Below are positions 50,038 through 59,066 of a DNA stretch of 64,000 nt, piece by piece. The stretch is from Candidatus Bathyarchaeota archaeon (GTDB lineage Archaea; Thermoproteota; Bathyarchaeia; 40CM-2-53-6; RBG-13-38-9): NCBI GenBank assembly GCA_963807605.1, contig CAWECG010000001.1, positions 288,001-352,000 on the forward strand, written 5' to 3'. Under the pieces are notes generated by a model that was given only the letters and a program-made list of their open reading frames with translations, searched no databases and was not told where the DNA came from. A program made the position numbers and the translations under genes. Each line of letters opens with the position of its first letter. The first letter of the stretch is position 1.

Positions 50038-50334
50038 TTAGCTAATTGACTCTGCCTGTTCCATGAACTTCTTAGCCAGTTCTTTGTCCCCTTGCTCTAA
50101 TGCTTTCATCGAGCTTCGCAGAAGTTCCTCTTTTGTTAATGGTGTTGTTTCACGCTCGTTCGCTTCTTGAATTTGAGGTAGTGCTTTTACTCTCATAATT
50201 GTGGACCGCCACTCTTCTGGGTTAAGGCCCAACTCGCCCCAGACAGAAAACCCGCCAGCCCAATCATATGAGTAGGAAGCCCCGTTTTGAAGTTGGATAA
50301 TCATGCTAAAGACGAAAAAGCCTTCAGAATCCAT
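50038..50334 (-). CDS. Hypothetical protein or gene fragment
   Basis: 98-aa ORF with protein-like composition only. Confidence 0.35.
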   Translation of the reverse strand: MDSEGFFVFSMIIQLQNGASYSYDWAGGFSVWGELGLNPEEWRSTIMRVKALPQIQEANERETTPLTKEELLRSSMKALEQGDKELAKKFMEQAESIS

Positions 50335-50503
50335 CAGAAGGTTGCCAGCAGGCTGAGATAGAAGGCGGAAAGCAAAGGTTTACGGTTGCTCTAAAAACAC
50401 TATGTCGTCTGCATACACTGTAGTTGGCTTCGCAGATGAGTTGATGAGCAAGAAGTCTTAAAAGGATTGACCGAGCAACAGCTTAAGTACCGAGTACACC
50501 TTC

Positions 50504-52615
50504 TTGGCGAGCGTTGTGAAGGCTTCCGGTAAAAATGCGAGATTAACAACTGTTTTCCTATTCCTCACGCTACTCACTTCACTGTACTTTTTGGAGAGTG
50601 GGGTTGTGAATGTTGCTGCCTCCCCAACAGATTGGCCCATGTTTCATCAAAACCTCACTCATACTGGGGTAACACCGGATGTTGTAACACCACCACTCAA
50701 CGTGGCCTGGACTTACACAACAGGCAACGGTGTCTCTTCTCCTGCTGTTTCCGGGGGGGTCGTGTACGTAGGCTCAGAGGATGATAATGTGTATGCGTTG
50801 AATGCTGCTACAGGAGCCAAGGTATGGAGTTACACAACAGGCGGCTTTGTCTTTTCTTCTCCTGCTGTTTCCGGGGGCATCGTGTACATAGGCTCATGGG
50901 ATGGTCGTGTGTATGCTTTGAATGCTACTACAGGAGCCTTCAAATGGAGTTACGCAACAGGCTTCGTTGTCGATTGTTCTCCTGCTGTTTCCAGCGGTAT
51001 CGTGTACATAGGCTCATGGGATCGTAATGTGTATGCGTTGAATGCTACTACAGGAGCCTTCAAATGGAGTTACGCAACAGGCAACTGGGTCCAGTCTGCT
51101 CCTGCTGTTTCCGGGGGTATCGTGTATATAGGCTCATATGATGACAAGGTGTATGCGTTGAATGCTACTACAGGAGCCTTCAAATGGAGTTACGCAACAG
51201 GCAGCTATGTCCAGTCTGCTCCTGCTGTTTCCGGCGGTGTCGTGTACGTAGGCTCAGACGATCATAATGTGTATGCGTTGAATGCTACTACAGGAGCCTT
51301 CAAATGGAGTTACACAACCGGCAGCGGTGTCGAGTCTTCTCCTGCTGTTTCAGGAACCATTGTGTACGTAGGCTCAGATGATCATAATGTGTATGCGTTG
51401 AATGCTACTACAGGAGCCTTCAAATGGAGTTACGCAACAGGCAACTGGGTCCAGTCTTCTCCTGCTGTTTCCGGGGGCATCGTGTATGTAGGCTCATTTA
51501 ATAGTAATGTGTATGCGTTGAATGCTGCTACAGGAGCCAAGGTATGGAATTACACAACAGGCGGCACTGTCTCTTCTTCTCCTGCTGTTTCAGGAACCGT
51601 TGTGTACGTAGGCTCAGAGGATTGGAAGGTGTATGCGTTTGCGCCTGCTTCATCTTCTTCTTCTTCATCATCATCATCAACAACATCAGCAGCAACAACA
51701 ACAGCAACAACAACATCGTCAGCAATATCATCAGGCGGAGAGATAGAAGGGACAGTGTACGTGGAGAACCAGATGGGACATTACAACGCAGTTGGTTGGG
51801 CAAACATCACTGCAACAGGTGGCAGTGTCACCATTACCACCATTGTGGTATCCAATGTTAATGGCAGCTACTACTTTTTCCTCCCGTCCGGCAATTATCT
51901 GGTCACTTGTAGCCTGCCCGGATTCAAGTCACAAAGTGTTTCGGTAGCCATCACTGATGGATCGACGACAACACTAAACTTCAATCTACAGGAGTCTGGC
52001 GTTCCAATATCTTCTTCTTCATCATCAACAACATCAATCCCTGCCACAACAACTATTTCGGGAAGCACGTCGACAACAACTACCTCAACCATTACTACTC
52101 CTCACGCACGTGTCCCCCCAGGATTAGGGGGAGCTTGGGCAACTTCGAATATGAGTGTTGGCGCAAGGGCGGTGACTCAGGCGATATTTCTGAGAGGTTC
52201 CCACGGTGTAGAGCTAGCATCTATAGCCATAACGGCAAACTCTAGCAACCAGATGATCCAGAATGTCGCTTACAACAATACGATTGTCCAAGTAGGGTTT
52301 GATAATAATGCGTCTTGCGAGTTGCTCATCAACTCATCTGCGATGCCAACTGCAGTGTACGCAGATGATATACTGCTCTTGGAGAAGCAATCAACGGCTG
52401 GATTGACGCCTCAGAGTGAGGCATGGGTCTACAACCAGAATAGTGGCGCCATTACAATCTTTGCTGATCCGTCAACCGTAACGATCTTCTATGGCTCAGT
52501 ACCAGTTCCGGAATTTCCTGTCGCTTCAACCAGTCTACTGCTGCTCGTAACCCTCTCTGCAGCCATAATTGTGGCCACACTAACAAGAAGAGATCCTTTC
52601 CCTTTGAACCATTAG
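50504..52615 (+). CDS. Surface protein: PQQ-like 8-repeat beta-propeller, beta-sandwich domain, Ser/Thr linkers, PEF-CTERM
   Basis: Signal helix, DWPMF, eight W.Y.TG...SPAV...VY.GS...VYAL repeats, VPEFP + TM. Confidence 0.9.
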   Translation: MASVVKASGKNARLTTVFLFLTLLTSLYFLESGVVNVAASPTDWPMFHQNLTHTGVTPDVVTPPLNVAWTYTTGNGVSSPAVSGGVVYVGSEDDNVYALNAATGAKVWSYTTGGFVFSSPAVSGGIVYIGSWDGRVYALNATTGAFKWSYATGFVVDCSPAVSSGIVYIGSWDRNVYALNATTGAFKWSYATGNWVQSAPAVSGGIVYIGSYDDKVYALNATTGAFKWSYATGSYVQSAPAVSGGVVYVGSDDHNVYALNATTGAFKWSYTTGSGVESSPAVSGTIVYVGSDDHNVYALNATTGAFKWSYATGNWVQSSPAVSGGIVYVGSFNSNVYALNAATGAKVWNYTTGGTVSSSPAVSGTVVYVGSEDWKVYAFAPASSSSSSSSSSTTSAATTTATTTSSAISSGGEIEGTVYVENQMGHYNAVGWANITATGGSVTITTIVVSNVNGSYYFFLPSGNYLVTCSLPGFKSQSVSVAITDGSTTTLNFNLQESGVPISSSSSSTTSIPATTTISGSTSTTTTSTITTPHARVPPGLGGAWATSNMSVGARAVTQAIFLRGSHGVELASIAITANSSNQMIQNVAYNNTIVQVGFDNNASCELLINSSAMPTAVYADDILLLEKQSTAGLTPQSEAWVYNQNSGAITIFADPSTVTIFYGSVPVPEFPVASTSLLLLVTLSAAIIVATLTRRDPFPLNH
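50708..51643 (+). repeat. Eight tandem ~120-bp coding repeats
   Basis: ctcctgctgtttc, ggctca and gtgtatgc recur every 120 bp (first unit 117 bp). Confidence 0.95.
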
Positions 52616-52616
52616 G

Positions 52617-52964
52617 TTATCTGAGCAGCATCTTCTTCTCAGGATTCCTGGAAGCGTCTAGCTGTGCAGCTCTCAAATCAGCCTTAACAGGCATAGGCGG
52701 AAGAATAGACGAAAATGTTCCATCAAAGTTGAGGATGAAGACTGGTATCTTGTTCTTGGATAGCCAGTGGAATGCTTGAAGAGAGATGTAGCCACTGTGA
52801 TCATCAATAATTATGGAGTCGTAAGGAATCTTTCTAGGTCTGAATCTGTAAGTTGTCCCTTCCTTGAAGTCTTGTCTACCGTCAGATATCACAAGCTCTT
52901 ATCTAGGACGCATATTATCGACTTTGACTCTGATGCCGTATCCAGAAAGATGAAACGGGTTCAA
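52617..52964 (-). pseudogene. cas1: N-terminal fragment of a stand-alone (casposase-like) Cas1
   Basis: GGGGAGG RBS, TTG; NPFHLSGYGIRVKV, in-frame TAA at 52899-52901, then ISDGR...YDSIIIDDHSGYISLQAFHWLSKNKIPVFILNFDG...ILPP...LRAAQ. Confidence 0.8.
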
Positions 52965-53195
52965 TCTCTATGTCCTCCCCATTAAGATGGTTTGCTAGGT
53001 TCTTGCAGGAACTCGTCAAGACTCATATTCTTGCCTAACGCAAGCCACAATCTGACTTCTTCAATGCCTTTCTTCTTCCAAAAAGGCAAGAACCATCCCC
53101 ATCACAACCAAAGGTTAGAAGAATAAGAATGATAGAGACTGCGGAAAGTATTCTGCAGAGGTGGACCCGTAGCGGATCCAGATGGGATCCTCATC

Positions 53196-54332
53196 TCAGG
53201 TTGAAGAGATGGTTCTCTCAGCGTTTTCTTCTACGGGCGCTAGTCTGGCGCCTACACGGTCCTCGAGAGCGTCCAATAGCTTCTCGAATGCAGGCTTATT
53301 CTTTATGATTAACTCAATCATCTCGTCAGCATTCTGCAACTGCGGACCCAAGGAGCCTCCGGATACTATGTTCAGGTATTTCTCAGCGATGCGGTACTGC
53401 TTGAGCGCCTTCGCCTTGTCCATGTAGAACTTGTCATACCCATTCGGATCCGTTGTGTGGCCCATCCAATGCTCAACATACTCAAGATCTAATCCGTCGC
53501 CTTTACCCTGCAAGTGCAAAAGAGTCCGGGCGACGTCTCTGAACTCGTGAAGACCGTAACCGTACCTGTTGCCTTTTGAGCCCCCTCCAGTCTTGATGTA
53601 CTTGAGCTTCTCGAGAGTGCGCTTGTGTCTGGCCCAGACTCCATCCTCGGTAATAGGTCCATGTTTGCTCTTGATGATGGGTTCGCCCTTCTTTGGATAG
53701 CCACGGATCCGCTCGAAGTATTCACGCCATGCATCCAGAGCATCATGACCAATGAAGGTGTGGTACTGAACCTTGTTCAGATTCTTCTTTCGACCTGGAA
53801 ACTCCATCCGGAAAGGCTCATCAACTCCCTTGGTCTGGAGATGCTCAGCCAAGGCCCCACCATATCTCTCGTTGAAGTACAGAAACCTCGCAGTGTCCAG
53901 AATCCCCATCCAATAGGTCAAATAGACAGCTTTGAAATCCAGGTCTGCAGCATTCACTAGCTTTCTGATAATCTCAGGCGTGAGGTTGCCCTGCACACAC
54001 TCTTTCGTCGCCTTGATGACAGGTTTGACGTCAGCCGGCAAAGAAGCCCTCGAAGACTTGAAAAACATTACAACAACAGAGTAGTAGGTTCGCTTGCTGT
54101 TGTAGGTTCCCTCACGTAATCCAATAGCCTGCTGCAGATGATCAAGCAGTAGAAACTGATCTTTCTTCTCAGCATCAGCCTGGAACTCTACAAGCTGGGA
54201 GTAACTCAGGCCCTTGAACCGGTCAACACTCTGCAGACTCTCCCAAAACCACTTCAAAATATGGAAACTATTGCTAGACTGATTGTACCTGGACAGAAAC
54301 TTGACTACCGCAGCATCCTCTCTGAGATCCAA
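53196..54332 (-). CDS. Tyrosine recombinase/integrase
   Basis: YHTFIG, HEFRD (HxxR), WMGH, NGYDK catalytic Tyr; box I atypical. Confidence 0.82.
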   Translation of the reverse strand: MDLREDAAVVKFLSRYNQSSNSFHILKWFWESLQSVDRFKGLSYSQLVEFQADAEKKDQFLLLDHLQQAIGLREGTYNSKRTYYSVVVMFFKSSRASLPADVKPVIKATKECVQGNLTPEIIRKLVNAADLDFKAVYLTYWMGILDTARFLYFNERYGGALAEHLQTKGVDEPFRMEFPGRKKNLNKVQYHTFIGHDALDAWREYFERIRGYPKKGEPIIKSKHGPITEDGVWARHKRTLEKLKYIKTGGGSKGNRYGYGLHEFRDVARTLLHLQGKGDGLDLEYVEHWMGHTTDPNGYDKFYMDKAKALKQYRIAEKYLNIVSGGSLGPQLQNADEMIELIIKNKPAFEKLLDALEDRVGARLAPVEENAERTISST

Positions 54333-54391
54333 ACTCCACTCCCAAACAGACCCTACAGCACTCTAAGAACTTAACATTATCGTAGAGTTAA

Positions 54392-55468
54392 TCATTGTGA
54401 ACTTGACATTGCCAGCTTTGTTATGATCTTGCCTACTGTTTCTGTACCGGCTTTCCCACCCAGCTCGATTGGCAGCTCATCAGGCTTTGAACTCATGAGG
54501 TATTTTTCGACTGATCGTTCAATAGATTCGGCTGCGTCTTTGAGACGTTCGTCTTCATGATAGGTGCCTAGAAAATCAAGCATTAGGCCTGCCGAGGATA
54601 TTTGCCCCAACGGGTTTGCTTTATTGGTTCCAGCAATGTCGTATGCGCAGCCGTGTGTGGGCTCGAAATATCCGAGACGTTTTTCAGTATTGAAGTTGGT
54701 TGCTGCCGTCATTCCTAATCCTCCGGCTATCTGTCCTGCCAGGTCACTCAGCAGATCCGCGATAAGGTTTTCTGCCACTATAACATCGAATTTTTGTGGT
54801 TCCTTCACGAGTAATGCACATACGGCGTCTGCATACAGATCTCTTGCTTTGATCTCAGGGTAGTCTTTACTCACAGTTCTGAATATGTCTCTGAACATTC
54901 CATGTGTCTTACGGAAGATGTTTGCTTTGTGAGCAAGGACAACATCGCCCTTGCCTCCTCTGCTTAGCCTCTTCTCAGCCAGTTCAAATGAGAAGCGCGA
55001 GACTCTCTCACATGCCTTCTCAGTGTAGACTCCTACAGTCGTCCAGACGCCTGGGATAACCTCGTTTTCAAGGGAACGGTAAAGACCCTCGGTGTTCTCT
55101 CTGATGACCACCATGTCTATATCAGGTCTGAGAGCTGGAGGGGTTATCGATGGATATGATTTGGCCGGCCGAACATTGGCATACAAATCGAGATTGAATC
55201 TCAGCGCTTGAACCAAGTCTCGAGTTGTTTCCCCAACGGGTCCTTTGAGGCCTGCATCAGACTTCAAGAACGTTTCCAGAGATTTCTTGGGTACTGGTTC
55301 TCCAGTTTCTTCCTTGACTTTGTCCCCCATGGGTGCGTCAACGTATTCAAGTCTGAACTTGAATCTCCCCTCAACTGATTTCAGTACCCTCTTAGCCTCT
55401 CTCATAATGTCGGGGCCGATTCCGTCGCCGTCAATCTCAGCTATTACGTAAGTATTCTTCAATTTCAT
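54392..55468 (-). CDS. Isocitrate/isopropylmalate dehydrogenase family protein
   Basis: GDGIGP, LDLYANVRP, IRENTEGLY, HKAN, SDLAGQIAGGLG, FEPTHG. Confidence 0.92.
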   Translation of the reverse strand: MKLKNTYVIAEIDGDGIGPDIMREAKRVLKSVEGRFKFRLEYVDAPMGDKVKEETGEPVPKKSLETFLKSDAGLKGPVGETTRDLVQALRFNLDLYANVRPAKSYPSITPPALRPDIDMVVIRENTEGLYRSLENEVIPGVWTTVGVYTEKACERVSRFSFELAEKRLSRGGKGDVVLAHKANIFRKTHGMFRDIFRTVSKDYPEIKARDLYADAVCALLVKEPQKFDVIVAENLIADLLSDLAGQIAGGLGMTAATNFNTEKRLGYFEPTHGCAYDIAGTNKANPLGQISSAGLMLDFLGTYHEDERLKDAAESIERSVEKYLMSSKPDELPIELGGKAGTETVGKIITKLAMSSSQ

Positions 55469-55580
55469 CAACCTCGATTCCAAAGATGTTCTAGAGCGCT
55501 ATCATGTGATAAAAATCTGCGTAGTTTTCCTTCTTACACTACATGGTAAGGAATAAGCTTGTAGTCTCCGAATAGCGCGC

Positions 55581-56706
55581 TAGCCTCTTGCAATATTCTT
55601 GGGCTTAACATGAAGATGTATACGTGTTTTTGATCATAAGATCGATGAGCTTTACACCCGCTCATGCCGTTTCTGGTGAAAAAGGAGTGAGCGAGTGTAA
55701 GGCTCTGTATGATCTGTTTCAGGCTTTGGATTTAACGTTTGTAGAACAAGTCTTGGAAAGAAGCTATGGGAGAAGAAGCAGGGTCGGCAGACCCCATAGA
55801 AATTTACTTGGAATGTTCAAAGCAGAGCTCATCAAACGGCTAAGACGCATAGAAAGCTACGAGGAACTATACCGACTTCTATGGAGTGACGGTGAACTCT
55901 GCAGACTCTGCGACATCAAGGAGACCGAGAACCCGTATCACCCATCAATACTTCTGAGGTTTCGACGTAGAATAGGCCCTCAAGGATTTCACCGCCTCAT
56001 GAACCGTCTGATCAAACAGCTCGACCATACAGGTGTCTTGGACAGTGAAACCCTAGCTTTGGATGCGACGTTCATCAAAGCTTACAGTCGAAGAGATCCT
56101 CACAATACCCAGTGTGGATTATCTGATTCTGAAGCCAGATTACGAAAACAAGGTAGAAACGTGATCTTAGGCTACGGTATACACCTAGCTGTAGACACCG
56201 CCAGCGAGATGCCGGTGGCAGTCACAGTGGAGCCTGCAAACGTCAACGAAAAGAAGATCGCATCCCACCTACTCCATAAAACCTTGAAGTACAAACATAG
56301 GTGGAAGAGCGTGACTGCAGACTCACAATACTCCAGCGAATCCTTCAGGGATAAGGCAAGATCCATAAGTGTTGAGCCTGTCATCCCCTACCCCAAGAAC
56401 CAGATGAAAGGCAAAAGAGTTCTACGTGTTGACAGAAGATTCCACACCCACGGACCTGCAAGGCTGAGACGTCTCTACCGAAAACGATCCTCTGTTGAGA
56501 GAACCGTCTCACGATTGAAGACACACTTCGGACTGTGCCAACTTAGAACCCGAGGATTAAGAAACGTCCTGTCACATGTAGTCCTATGCTTGATCGCAAT
56601 GTTGACGGCTGCTCTATCAGCGATCAAACAAGGATACACCCACAGAATGCGGTCACCAGTCCAACTCATGAAATTGACAGGACTAAAGTAATATTGCAAG
56701 AGGCTG
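55581..56706 (+). mobile_element. Complete 1126-bp IS (IS5/IS1182-like DDE) with 17-bp TIRs and 6-bp GCGCGC target duplication
   Basis: Left TAGCCTCTTGCAATATT, right AATATTGCAAGAGGCTG (16/17 match); GCGCGC at 55575-55580 and 56707-56712. Confidence 0.9.
55645..56691 (+). CDS. DDE transposase
   Basis: GRP...LLRFRRR N-terminus, LDAT, GYGIHL, ADSQY, YRKRSSVER; stop overlaps the right TIR. Confidence 0.92.
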   Translation: MSFTPAHAVSGEKGVSECKALYDLFQALDLTFVEQVLERSYGRRSRVGRPHRNLLGMFKAELIKRLRRIESYEELYRLLWSDGELCRLCDIKETENPYHPSILLRFRRRIGPQGFHRLMNRLIKQLDHTGVLDSETLALDATFIKAYSRRDPHNTQCGLSDSEARLRKQGRNVILGYGIHLAVDTASEMPVAVTVEPANVNEKKIASHLLHKTLKYKHRWKSVTADSQYSSESFRDKARSISVEPVIPYPKNQMKGKRVLRVDRRFHTHGPARLRRLYRKRSSVERTVSRLKTHFGLCQLRTRGLRNVLSHVVLCLIAMLTAALSAIKQGYTHRMRSPVQLMKLTGLK

Positions 56707-56736
56707 GCGCGCCATGCAATTTGGGGGGCGTTTAAG

Positions 56737-56943
56737 TTACTGGTTGACTAGTTGGAATGCGCCGGTGGGACAAACATTGACACATGCGCCACCAAAGTCG
56801 CATACTTCAGGGTGAGCTATAACAGATTTCCGGCCCTTGCCTTCAATCTCTCGGAGCTCCATCACTTTAGGATCCGTTGGACACACGCTGAAGCATGCGC
56901 CGCAACCTATACATACATCTTCGTCAACGAACGGCCGCATCAT
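56737..56943 (-). CDS. Dicluster ferredoxin
   Basis: CIGCGACFSVCP and CDFGGACVNVCP. Confidence 0.88.
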   Translation of the reverse strand: MMRPFVDEDVCIGCGACFSVCPTDPKVMELREIEGKGRKSVIAHPEVCDFGGACVNVCPTGAFQLVNQ

Positions 56944-57193
56944 ATTGCACCGTAGCTGGTGCCATAACATACCTCCTTCTATTAAGGATTCATTCCAGTA
57001 AATAAAGAGATGAGAATAATCCAGAAGATCGTGGTCGGATACTGCCGATCTCTCAGGAGGAATTTTCCACTCAAGTATAATGCTTATTCCTTTTGTCCGC
57101 CCAAGTCGATATCACATCAATTGGAACGCGCCCAGCAAGAATTTAGGCCACGTTATCTTACATGACATTTGGACGTCTTCAAGGGGATCCTGC

Positions 57194-58909
57194 ATGAAGA
57201 ATATTGAGGTTGCTAAGATCCTGAAGGAGATCTCTATCATTCTAGATATGGATAATGTTCCATTCAAGCCTAGATCTTACGAGAAAGCTGCCCGGTCGAT
57301 AGAGGCTCAGGAAGAGGATGTTGAGGAAATATACGCGAAAGGCGGAGTAAAAGCCCTCATGGAAATTCCCGGCGTAGGCCAAAGTATTGCTGAGAAGATA
57401 GAGGAGCTCATTCAGACTGGAAAGCTGCGATACTATGAAGAATTGAAAAGAAGGATCCCGGTTGATTTGGAAAGCCTCTCAAAGATAGAAGGCCTCGGAC
57501 CAAAGACGATCAAGGTTCTCTGGGAAAAACTGCAGATCCAAAACATTGATGATTTGGAAAAAGCTGCCCGTGCTCACAAAATCGCTAAATTACCGGGGTT
57601 TAAGGAGAAAACCGAGCAGAATATACTGAAAGGAATCGAATTTGCAAAAAGGAGTAGTGGCAGGCATATTCTCGGATATGCCCTCCCGTTAATTCGCACA
57701 ATAGAAGATCGATTGAAGTCGCTTCCTGACGTAGAGAGCGTTTCGGTAGCAGGCTCAGTGCGACGGATGAAAGAGACTGTGGGAGACGTCGACTTCCTTG
57801 TCATATCAGCCAAGCCTGGAAAGGTGATGGATTATTTCGTTTCAATGCCCGAGGTCGTCGATATCATAGGAAAAGGAGACACTAAATCATCTATCAGACT
57901 GAAGACAGGCATGGACGCTGATATTCGAGTATTACCCGAGGAGAGTTTCGGTGCAGCGCTGCAATATTTCACGGGCAGCAAAGACCACAACATCGCACTA
58001 AGACGAATTGCCCAAGAAGAAGGGATGAAACTGAGTGAATACGGCCTTTTCAAGAACGACAAACAGGTAGCGGGGCGAACTGAGGAGGAGGTTTATCGGA
58101 AATGCGGGCTTGCCTGGATTCCCCCAGAGTTGAGAGAGAATACTGGTGAGATAGAAGCTGCCATCAAGAACAGATTACCCAGATTGATCAATTATGCGGA
58201 TTTGAAGGGCGATCTTCAGGTTAATTCGACATGGACCGATGGCGCTCACTCGATAAGAGAGATGGCTGAAGAAGCGAAGAGGATAGGCATGGAGTATATC
58301 GCCATCACCGACCATGCCAAAACACTTGCTATGACTAGAGGTTTGGATGAGAAACGGTTGATGGAACAAGGGGAGGAGATAGACAAGGTAAACGAAGAGC
58401 TTACGGGAATAAAGATTCTGAAAAGCATAGAACTGAATATTCTGAAAGATGGCAGTGTTGATATCGCCGATGATGTCTTGGAGAAATTAGATGTGGTCGG
58501 GGCGGCGGTTCATTCTTATTTCAACTTAAGCCGGGAAGAGATGACAAAGAGGTTTTTGAGAACTATTGAAAATCCTAATGTCGACATCATCTTTCATCCC
58601 ACGGCTCGACAGATTCAGAGGAGAGATGCGATTCAGCTGGACATTGAAAGAGTCATCGAGGCGTCGAAAGATCAGGGGACAATTCTTGATATAGACTCAT
58701 TTCCCGATAGGTTGGATCTGAAGGATGAGTACATAAGAAAAGGAGTGCAAGCTGGGGTTAAGTTGGATATAAGTTCTGATTCACATAGCAAATCCCACTT
58801 TCGGTTCTTGGAGCTGGGTATAGCTCAGGCTAGAAGAGGATGGGCGACTGCGAAGGATATTGTTAACACTCGTGGAGTGGATGAATTCACAAAACTCTTA
58901 AAATCCTGA
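57194..58909 (+). CDS. polX: Family X DNA polymerase with PHP domain
   Basis: IPGVG HhH, AGSVRR, GDVD, QYFTGSKDHN, IPPELRE; PHP motifs TDH and SDSH. Confidence 0.95.
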   Translation: MKNIEVAKILKEISIILDMDNVPFKPRSYEKAARSIEAQEEDVEEIYAKGGVKALMEIPGVGQSIAEKIEELIQTGKLRYYEELKRRIPVDLESLSKIEGLGPKTIKVLWEKLQIQNIDDLEKAARAHKIAKLPGFKEKTEQNILKGIEFAKRSSGRHILGYALPLIRTIEDRLKSLPDVESVSVAGSVRRMKETVGDVDFLVISAKPGKVMDYFVSMPEVVDIIGKGDTKSSIRLKTGMDADIRVLPEESFGAALQYFTGSKDHNIALRRIAQEEGMKLSEYGLFKNDKQVAGRTEEEVYRKCGLAWIPPELRENTGEIEAAIKNRLPRLINYADLKGDLQVNSTWTDGAHSIREMAEEAKRIGMEYIAITDHAKTLAMTRGLDEKRLMEQGEEIDKVNEELTGIKILKSIELNILKDGSVDIADDVLEKLDVVGAAVHSYFNLSREEMTKRFLRTIENPNVDIIFHPTARQIQRRDAIQLDIERVIEASKDQGTILDIDSFPDRLDLKDEYIRKGVQAGVKLDISSDSHSKSHFRFLELGIAQARRGWATAKDIVNTRGVDEFTKLLKS

Positions 58910-59066
58910 CAGCGCGCGCTATTCAAATTTCGTCTGCCAATGAGCTAGAAAGAACTGTTAAAGCACCGTCTGACGGCTGCTCCCTCAGAAGAGGAGGCAT
59001 GATAAACTAATGTATCACAGAAAATCTTGATAAATTCGCGTCTTGATATCTAATGTGTAAAGGCGT

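Larger units (their letters stand above)
38000..54360. mobile_element. Degenerate integrated element/defence island (boundaries approximate)
   Basis: Terminal tyrosine integrase, RHH/AbrB small genes, Type I R-M, DUF5131 and several pseudogenes between housekeeping genes; no att repeat found. Confidence 0.6.

Noticed and set aside
50708-51643. Regular repeats near a cas1 fragment, as a CRISPR array
   Set aside because: The 120-bp period is in frame within a coherent protein; there are no unique spacers.
53159-53180. GGTGGACCCG...GGAT as a reverse tRNA 3' end (att site) after the integrase
   Set aside because: The match is short and has no T-loop; no partner copy was found at the other island end.
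52980-53200. Casposon terminal inverted repeats around cas1
   Set aside because: No matching inverted partner was found by eye.
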